NCBI GenBank assembly: GCA_013152955.1
Contig: JAADFJ010000083.1
Span: 1-52,354, forward strand
Length of the DNA: 52,354 nt
Source: Campylobacterota bacterium
GTDB lineage: Bacteria > Campylobacterota_A > Desulfurellia > JAADFJ01
Direction: 5' to 3'
The notes beneath the pieces were generated by a model. It had not been told where the DNA came from. It did not search any database and worked only from the letters and a program-made list of their open reading frames with translations. Of the stretch, positions 46,187 through 52,354 are shown in pieces. The position numbers and the translations under genes were made by a program. Position 1 is the first letter of the stretch. Each line of letters starts with the position of its first letter.

Positions 46187-47935
46187 TTATTGCGCCTTGT
46201 ACATAAGAAGATCGCCCTTTGTTATAATACCTAACAGCTTTTTAGGATTATCTTCATCTACAACAGGGAGATGCGAGATTCCGTTTTCCCGCATTTTTTC
46301 AAGCGCCTGATCAAGTGTTTCATCGGGGTGCGTCAAGATCAGATTTTTGCTGCAGGCGTCAAATGCAGATAATGCCATATTGCTGTTCTTTTCTCTGCAT
46401 TGTAATATGTCTCTGCCGCTTATTATGCCCACCAGTTCATTTTTATCATTTATAACGGGAAATCCTTCATGGCCTGTTTTCATAATCTTATTGCTTACGT
46501 CTTGAATTGATTCATATATATTTGCGGTTACTACATCTTTTATCATTACGCTTTCAACTTTTTTATTCTTTAAAATATTTATTTCAAGGCCATGAGGTAT
46601 AAAAACTCCGCGCCTGGCAAGTTTTTCGGTATAGATTGTTCGATCGTAAAAGATATCACTGGTGATATCTGCCAGGACGCATGCGAAAATTAGAGGTATT
46701 ATGATATCATAGTTTCTGGTCATTTCAAAAAGTATGATTATTGAGGTTAATGTAGCTCTTCCGGTTGCAGCGAATAGTGCGGCCATCCCAACCAGACCGT
46801 ATGCCGGATATGGGGCACTTATGCCTGGAAACAGAATATTGATAAGTATGCCGTAGAGAGAACCAAATACAGCTCCAATAAATAGTGAAGGAGCAAATAC
46901 ACCTCCGGAGCTCCCCGATCCAAGAGTTACCGAAAGGGCTATAATTTTTGCTATCAAAAGAAGCAGCAGCATCATCATTAGTGAAGATGTAGGATTTCCG
47001 TAATGAAGGCTCAGAATTGAACTGACTGCTGAATATCCAACACCGAATATTTGAGGAAATTTCAGTCCTATAATTCCTAAAATCAATCCGCCGATTGCAG
47101 GTTTTATCAGCGGATGAATTTTCATTTTATCGAACAGATCCTCTATGCCGTAAAGTGATTTGATTACGATAATTCCTAAAAAGCCCGATAAAATACCCAT
47201 TATAAGATAGAAAATAAGTTCATACGGCGATCGAAAATGATATAGGGGGATAAGAAATATTGGAGCAGCGCCGAGAAAAGTTCTGGATATAATGGTTGCA
47301 AATACGGAGGAGAGCACTAACGGTACGAATGATTCGGTTTTAAATTCAAGCAGTATAAGCTCTATTGAAAAAAGAATTCCTGCCAGCGGAGCATTGAATG
47401 TTGCAGCAATTCCTGCGGTTGCTCCGCAGCCTACAAGTGTTTTTCGGTCATTAACCGTAAGCTTTAGCAGCTGGCTTACTGCAGATCCAAATGCGCTTCC
47501 AATCTGCACGATCGGCCCTTCTCTTCCTGCCGAACCCCCTGTTCCAAGACATATTCCGGAGGCAATTGTTTTTGCAAGCACCACTCTTGGCCGTATGATA
47601 CCTTCTTTGTTGTACATTGCTTCCATGACTTCAGGCACTCCGTGCCCCTTTGTTTCGGAGGCAATGTAATAGGTTATAAACCCGACAAGTAATCCTCCTA
47701 TCGCAGGTATGATCACTACTACAAGTCCCAAACTATTATGCATAGGGGCAGTAAAATTAATAGAAAATTTATGAAAGAATGAAAAATCGCTAATTACGTA
47801 TATGAGCCATCTGAATAGAACCGCTCCAAAACCACCTACAATGCCGACCGAAACCGCCATAAGATTTAATCTTAAGTTAGTATATAGACTTTTTTTTGGA
47901 AACCCCTTGCTGATAGATGCTATACTGTATCTCAT
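46187..47935 (-). CDS. ClC-family chloride channel/transporter with C-terminal CBS pair
   Basis: It has GSAGREGP, GIAATFNAPLAG and GVFAPSLFIGA selectivity-filter motifs, with two CBS domains at the C-terminus. Confidence 0.9.
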   Translation of the reverse strand: MRYSIASISKGFPKKSLYTNLRLNLMAVSVGIVGGFGAVLFRWLIYVISDFSFFHKFSINFTAPMHNSLGLVVVIIPAIGGLLVGFITYYIASETKGHGVPEVMEAMYNKEGIIRPRVVLAKTIASGICLGTGGSAGREGPIVQIGSAFGSAVSQLLKLTVNDRKTLVGCGATAGIAATFNAPLAGILFSIELILLEFKTESFVPLVLSSVFATIISRTFLGAAPIFLIPLYHFRSPYELIFYLIMGILSGFLGIIVIKSLYGIEDLFDKMKIHPLIKPAIGGLILGIIGLKFPQIFGVGYSAVSSILSLHYGNPTSSLMMMLLLLLIAKIIALSVTLGSGSSGGVFAPSLFIGAVFGSLYGILINILFPGISAPYPAYGLVGMAALFAATGRATLTSIIILFEMTRNYDIIIPLIFACVLADITSDIFYDRTIYTEKLARRGVFIPHGLEINILKNKKVESVMIKDVVTANIYESIQDVSNKIMKTGHEGFPVINDKNELVGIISGRDILQCREKNSNMALSAFDACSKNLILTHPDETLDQALEKMRENGISHLPVVDEDNPKKLLGIITKGDLLMYKAQ

Positions 47936-48179
47936 AAAACCCCTTTATATTTTTTACACAGCCCAACCTTTTTCTGTGTAACATTACTCTAAAACGCCTG
48001 TATTATACTTTACTTAAACCAAAAAACAACAGGCATCAGAACCGTTTTATCTTAAGATAACCCGCCACTTGAAAAATTTTTTTTATGTGGTAAAAGATAT
48101 AAAAAATCACACATAAAGTTTTGTGAGTGAGCGCCGAAACTATTAAAACTTTATGGAGGAACAACTCACAGGAGGAAAA

Positions 48180-48938
48180 ATGGAGCAGCAGATTACCGTT
48201 AAAATGAAAGAATTATTAGAGTCAGGTGTACATTTCGGACATCAAACGAGACGATGGAATCCCAAAATGAGTCCATATATATTTGGCGACAGGAAAGGAA
48301 TTCATATAATTGATCTCCAGAAAACCTTAAAGCTTTTTAATAAAGCTGCTGAATTTGTGTATAATTTATCTTCTCAGAATAAGAAGATTTTGATGGTCTG
48401 CACAAAAAAACAGGGTCAGGAAATAGTTGCATCTGAAGCACAGAGATCAGGTATGCCTTATATAATTCAGAAGTGGCCTCCCGGTCTCTTTACAAACAGA
48501 AATACATTTAAAAAAAGTATCGCAACTCTGAAACAGCTTGAGACTTTCGATGAGACCGGAGAGTTTGATAAGCTGCCTAAAAAAGAAGCAAAGAAGATGC
48601 GCAAAAGAATCGGCAGACTTGAAAGATATCTTGGGGGTGTCAAAGAGTTTGACGGACTGCCTGATGCACTTTTTGTTGTAGATGTCGTGCGTGAATATCT
48701 TGCAGTAAAGGAAGCTAAGTCACTTTCAATACCGATTATAGCAATTGTGGACACAAATTGTGATCCCGATCCCATAGACTATATTATTCCCGGTAACGAT
48801 GACGCTATAAAATCTATAAAATTGTTTGCCGGAAAGATTGCCGACATTATAGTCGCCGGACAGGGAAGATTTCAGAAAGATCAGGTTGATGAATCGTCGG
48901 ATAACAATAATGCCGAAGAGAAAGGGGAGACTGAATAA
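48180..48938 (+). CDS. rpsB: 30S ribosomal protein S2
   Basis: The start [30 protein letters not shown] follows AGGAGGA. The ORF-track start at 48153 lacks an SD. Confidence 0.93.
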   Translation: MEQQITVKMKELLESGVHFGHQTRRWNPKMSPYIFGDRKGIHIIDLQKTLKLFNKAAEFVYNLSSQNKKILMVCTKKQGQEIVASEAQRSGMPYIIQKWPPGLFTNRNTFKKSIATLKQLETFDETGEFDKLPKKEAKKMRKRIGRLERYLGGVKEFDGLPDALFVVDVVREYLAVKEAKSLSIPIIAIVDTNCDPDPIDYIIPGNDDAIKSIKLFAGKIADIIVAGQGRFQKDQVDESSDNNNAEEKGETE

Positions 48939-49550
48939 ATGAGTACGATAAATGCCAGAGATGTGATGAATTTAAGAAAAGCTACAGGTGCCGGTATGAT
49001 GGCATGCAAAAAAGTACTGGTTGAAGCGGATGGAGATTTTGATAAAGCGATAGATCTGCTCAGAAAGAAAGGCATTGCGTCGGCGGCAAAAAAGGCAGGA
49101 AGAGAAACCGAAAACGGAAGAATAGGTTCATATATACATATGGGCGGCAAGATAGGTGTTTTGGTCGAGCTTGCGTGCGAGACCGATTTTGTTGCCGATA
49201 CGGATGATTTTGCGCAGCTCCTTAAAGATATAGCAATGCATATCGCTGCTGCAAACCCGGCCTATCTGGACAGGGATTCCGTTCCAAAAGATATTCTTGA
49301 AAAAGAGATGGAACTGCAAAAGGAGGCGCTGATTTCAGAGGGGAAGCCCGCAGCAATTATTGATAAAATTGTAGAAGGTAAATTAAATAAATTCTATGAA
49401 AAAAACTGTCTTATAGAGCAGCCGTTTATAAAGGATGACAAGGAGAGCGTCGGCGATTTGGTTAAACACGCTGTTGTAAAACTTGGTGAGAATATCAAGA
49501 TTATCAAATTCGCACGTTTTGAGATAAATGCCCAAAGCTGTTCGGTATAA
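48939..49550 (+). CDS. tsf: Elongation factor Ts (short form)
   Basis: It has [19 protein letters not shown] (UBA-like N-domain) and the LACETDFVA core. It follows rpsB. Confidence 0.9.
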   Translation: MSTINARDVMNLRKATGAGMMACKKVLVEADGDFDKAIDLLRKKGIASAAKKAGRETENGRIGSYIHMGGKIGVLVELACETDFVADTDDFAQLLKDIAMHIAAANPAYLDRDSVPKDILEKEMELQKEALISEGKPAAIIDKIVEGKLNKFYEKNCLIEQPFIKDDKESVGDLVKHAVVKLGENIKIIKFARFEINAQSCSV

Positions 49551-50244
49551 ACGCATACTGCTTAAACTAAGCGGAGAAGCTTTAAAGGGAAAGTCGGATT
49601 ACGGTATTGATCCTAAAGTTTTATCTGACCTTGCATCTCAGATAGTCCGCATAGTTGAGTTAAAAGTTTCTGTTGCAATTGTTGTCGGAGGCGGAAATAT
49701 CTTTCGGGGCATCAAAGGAGTATCTATCGGTATGGACAGGGCGACATCCGACTATATGGGAATGCTTGCTACCGTTATAAACGGACTGGCGCTTGCCGAT
49801 GCAATAGAGAAAAAAGGTGTTGATACGCGTGTAATAAGTGCTATCGAGATGCGTCAGATCGCCGAGCCTTATATAAGAAGACGAGCCATAAGGCATCTGG
49901 AGAAAGGACGTATAGTGATTTTTGTAGCCGGAACGGGAAGTCCCTATTTTACGACTGATACGGCGGCCGGTTTGAGAGCAGCTGAAATTGGAGCCGATGC
50001 GGTATTTAAAGCTACAAAAGTGGGCGGCGTGTATGATAAAGATCCTAAGACTAACAGTGATGCCAAGCGGTTTTCTACAATAAGTTACATAGATCTCATT
50101 CAGAAACAGCTTCATGTTATGGATTATACCGCTGTTTCACTTTGTATGGAAAGAAAGGTGCCGATTGTGGTTTTGGATATTACGAGAGCGGAAAGTCTGT
50201 TTAATGTTGTATCCGGAAAGGAAGAAGGAACCGTTGTGCAGTAA
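49528..50244 (+). CDS. pyrH: UMP kinase
   Basis: It has [23 protein letters not shown] and TTDTAA. Confidence 0.93.
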   Translation: MPKAVRYKRILLKLSGEALKGKSDYGIDPKVLSDLASQIVRIVELKVSVAIVVGGGNIFRGIKGVSIGMDRATSDYMGMLATVINGLALADAIEKKGVDTRVISAIEMRQIAEPYIRRRAIRHLEKGRIVIFVAGTGSPYFTTDTAAGLRAAEIGADAVFKATKVGGVYDKDPKTNSDAKRFSTISYIDLIQKQLHVMDYTAVSLCMERKVPIVVLDITRAESLFNVVSGKEEGTVVQ

Positions 50245-50256
50245 AGGAGGCTGTTT

Positions 50257-50802
50257 ATGATAGAAGATACTTCAAAAAGAATGGAAAATGTTATGAATTG
50301 GCTAAACGGTCAACTTGGTGGTTTGAGAACGGGGATGGCAAGCGGTTCTATGGTTGAGAACATAAAGATTGCAGCTTATGGTAATAAAATGACGCTTAAA
50401 TCGGTTGCCAGCATATCTGTTCCGGACAGATCAACAATCCTGATAGAGCCGTGGGATCATTCTTTGACAAAAGTGATCGAAAAAGCTATAGGAAGTTCAA
50501 CTCTTGGTATCATGCCGATAGTCGACGGTAACCTTCTGAAAATCAGAATCCCTGAATTGACAGGCTGCAGAAGAGATGAACTTGCCAAGGTTGCCAAAGA
50601 TATGGCGGAAAAAGCAAAGGTTAGAATTCGTCAAATTAGACGCGAGATAAACGCCGGAATCAAAAAAGCTCAGGACGAAAGCTTAATAACTGAGGACGAG
50701 AGCGAAAAAAATCTTGATACCGTGCAAAAAACGACAGATCTGTATATAAAGAAAATTGATACTCTGCTTGCCCGGAAAGAAAAGGAAATCAAAACGATAT
50801 AG
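50257..50802 (+). CDS. frr: Ribosome recycling factor
   Basis: The 181-aa protein has GLRTGMAS, ...IEPWD... and RRD...K motifs. Confidence 0.9.
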   Translation: MIEDTSKRMENVMNWLNGQLGGLRTGMASGSMVENIKIAAYGNKMTLKSVASISVPDRSTILIEPWDHSLTKVIEKAIGSSTLGIMPIVDGNLLKIRIPELTGCRRDELAKVAKDMAEKAKVRIRQIRREINAGIKKAQDESLITEDESEKNLDTVQKTTDLYIKKIDTLLARKEKEIKTI

Positions 50803-51485
50803 TGAATCATGCAGATAATTTTCCGAACCATGTTGCCATTATTATGGACGGAAACGGGAGATGGGCAAAAAAGAGAAACAGACAGAGAACTGATGGCCAT
50901 GCCAAAGGAGCGGCTGTTGCTATCGATACTGTTTTGTGTGCGAAAAAGGTAAACATAAAATATTTAACTCTATTTGCCTTTAGTGCTGAAAATTGGAATA
51001 GACCCAAACGAGAAATAGCTCTTATTTTCTCTCTTGTTGAAAATTATCTGAAAAATAAAGCGACAGAACTTAAAGAAAACGGTATTCGTTTTAAAACAAT
51101 CGGTAATCTTGGCGATCTGCCGAAGTCTACTGCAGATCTCATAAATATGGTCAGCGATATGACGAGCGGATGCGCTGATATGGTTTTTACACTTGCTATT
51201 TCTTATGGTGGAAGGCAGGAGATACAGGCGGCAGCTGAAAGATATAAAAATTCCGGGAATCCTATAAAATTTGATAGTTATATTCAAAGCGCGTTTCTTC
51301 CCGACCCCGACCTTCTAATTAGAACAGGCGGTGAGAAGCGCATAAGTAATTTTATGCTTTACGGTCTTGCATATACCGAGCTCTACTTTTTAGATAAATA
51401 TTGGCCTGATTTTTCCTGCGAAGATCTTAAAGCTGCAATAAAAGAGTATAAACTCAGAAAACGAAGATTTGGCGATCTGATATGA
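50802..51485 (+). CDS. uppS: Undecaprenyl diphosphate synthase (cis-IPPS)
   Basis: It has HVAIIMDGNGRWA, FAFSAENWNRP and LLIRTGGEKRISNF. The GTG start overlaps the frr stop by 1 nt. Confidence 0.9.
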   Translation: MNHADNFPNHVAIIMDGNGRWAKKRNRQRTDGHAKGAAVAIDTVLCAKKVNIKYLTLFAFSAENWNRPKREIALIFSLVENYLKNKATELKENGIRFKTIGNLGDLPKSTADLINMVSDMTSGCADMVFTLAISYGGRQEIQAAAERYKNSGNPIKFDSYIQSAFLPDPDLLIRTGGEKRISNFMLYGLAYTELYFLDKYWPDFSCEDLKAAIKEYKLRKRRFGDLI

Positions 51486-52264
51486 AAAAACGTATAATCA
51501 CTGCGCTGCTGATTGTCCCTCCTGTTCTGATAACTGTTGCATATGCTCCTATATTGGTAATTAAGATTGTTTCATTCGCTGCCGGTTTGATAGCCATAGA
51601 TGAGTTCCATGGTTTAATTAAAAAAACCGACAAAATTTATTGGATTTATTCGCTTTTTGCCTTTTCTATGGTGTTTTGGCTTGCTGCCGAGAGGGCAGAC
51701 CTTTTTGGGCCCGCAATCCTTGTGACATTTATTATGCTTCTTTTGATTCCTCTGCTTACAAAAAACGATATCAACTATGACTTTACGCATGTTGCGGGAA
51801 GCTGGCTTGCAATAACATATGTCAGCCTATATAGCTTTTTTTATATTATGATACGTTTAGCAAAGGGTAGAGAAATGCTCATTACCATCTTTTTTATGGT
51901 ATGGATAACCGACAGTACAGCAATGTTGTTCGGCAAATTTTTTGGAAAAAGAAAGTTGTCTCCGGTTATAAGTCCTCATAAAACGGTTGAGGGGTTCGCT
52001 GCAGGAACGGTTGCTTCCATTGTTACATCGCTGGGCATTGGACAATTTTTTAATCTATTCAGCATTACAGATGCCGTTGCCATTGGTTTGATAGTTGGTA
52101 TAGCAGGTCAGGCCGGTGATCTTATAGAATCCACGTTTAAACGATATGCCGGCAAAAAGGATTCCGGAAAGCTGTTCCCCGGACATGGCGGAGTGCTGGA
52201 CAGGCTGGACAGTCTGGCGATTTCGGTTGCTTTAAGCTATCTTTACATTACACTGGTTTCATAA
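51482..52264 (+). CDS. cdsA: Phosphatidate cytidylyltransferase
   Basis: It is a polytopic membrane protein with the signature SxFKRxxGxKDSGxLxPGHGGxLDRxDS. Confidence 0.9.
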   Translation: MKKRIITALLIVPPVLITVAYAPILVIKIVSFAAGLIAIDEFHGLIKKTDKIYWIYSLFAFSMVFWLAAERADLFGPAILVTFIMLLLIPLLTKNDINYDFTHVAGSWLAITYVSLYSFFYIMIRLAKGREMLITIFFMVWITDSTAMLFGKFFGKRKLSPVISPHKTVEGFAAGTVASIVTSLGIGQFFNLFSITDAVAIGLIVGIAGQAGDLIESTFKRYAGKKDSGKLFPGHGGVLDRLDSLAISVALSYLYITLVS

Positions 52265-52265
52265 T

Positions 52266-52354
52266 GAGACCACTGCGCAGTAAGCGTCTTTACAGCGATA
52301 TCTGCTTTTTCACAGGCGAGGCAAACTTCTGCAGGATTAACCGGTTAATTCAAG
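52266..52354 (+). mobile_element. MITE-like element, copy f (L half only; cut by the window edge)
   Basis: GAGACCACTGCGCAGTAAGCG...GGCAAACTTCTGCAGGATTAACCGGTTAATTCAAG aligns with the L half of e and of the reverse complement of c. It begins 1 nt after the cdsA stop. Confidence 0.8.

Overview
This looks like an origin-proximal chromosomal segment of a moderately AT-rich, probably anaerobic, cytochrome-c-rich bacterium; I cannot assign a phylum. All calls come from reading the sequence and ORF track by eye, so repeat ends are good to about +/-3 nt and no database search was run.

**Gene content, left to right**
- A copper and periplasmic-redox island. It holds two YHS-domain proteins, a CopA P-type ATPase, and two paralogous System II cytochrome c biogenesis modules (TlpA/ResA-like, CcsA, CcsB). 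One module carries an extra cytochrome c-TPR gene. Two thiol-oxidoreductase genes are broken by short tandem duplications.
- A TolC-like protein and a polyprenyl synthase.
- gyrA-gyrB-dnaN-dnaA on the minus strand, with no recF.
- A polar amino-acid ABC transporter and an EpmA/GenX-like gene.
- A complete Azoarcus-type (bzdNOPQM-like) ATP-dependent benzoyl-CoA reductase and ring-cleavage cluster on the plus strand, ending in benzoate-CoA ligase.
- The hrcA-grpE-dnaK-dnaJ operon with a CIRCE element, and a ClC channel.
- rpsB-tsf-pyrH-frr-uppS-cdsA.

**Most unusual signal**
The main surprise is non-coding. An abundant family of ORF-less elements, typically about 260 bp with shorter and longer variants, is bounded by the inverted repeat GAGACCACTGCACAATAAAC. 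I count six copies plus several orphan termini in 52 kb, and no transposase in the window. A second, unrelated-core element with a clean 7-bp target duplication sits next to one copy. Together these two fill the whole dnaA upstream spacer.

**Other points worth follow-up**
- A shared C6-N4-G6 operator-like palindrome lies downstream of near-identical promoters of copA and a YHS gene.
- A 44-bp perfect palindrome overlaps the benzoyl-CoA reductase promoter.
- A NuoG-like Fe-S protein carries a degenerate GIY-YIG/UvrC-N-like C-terminal domain.

I saw no rRNA, tRNA or CRISPR array.
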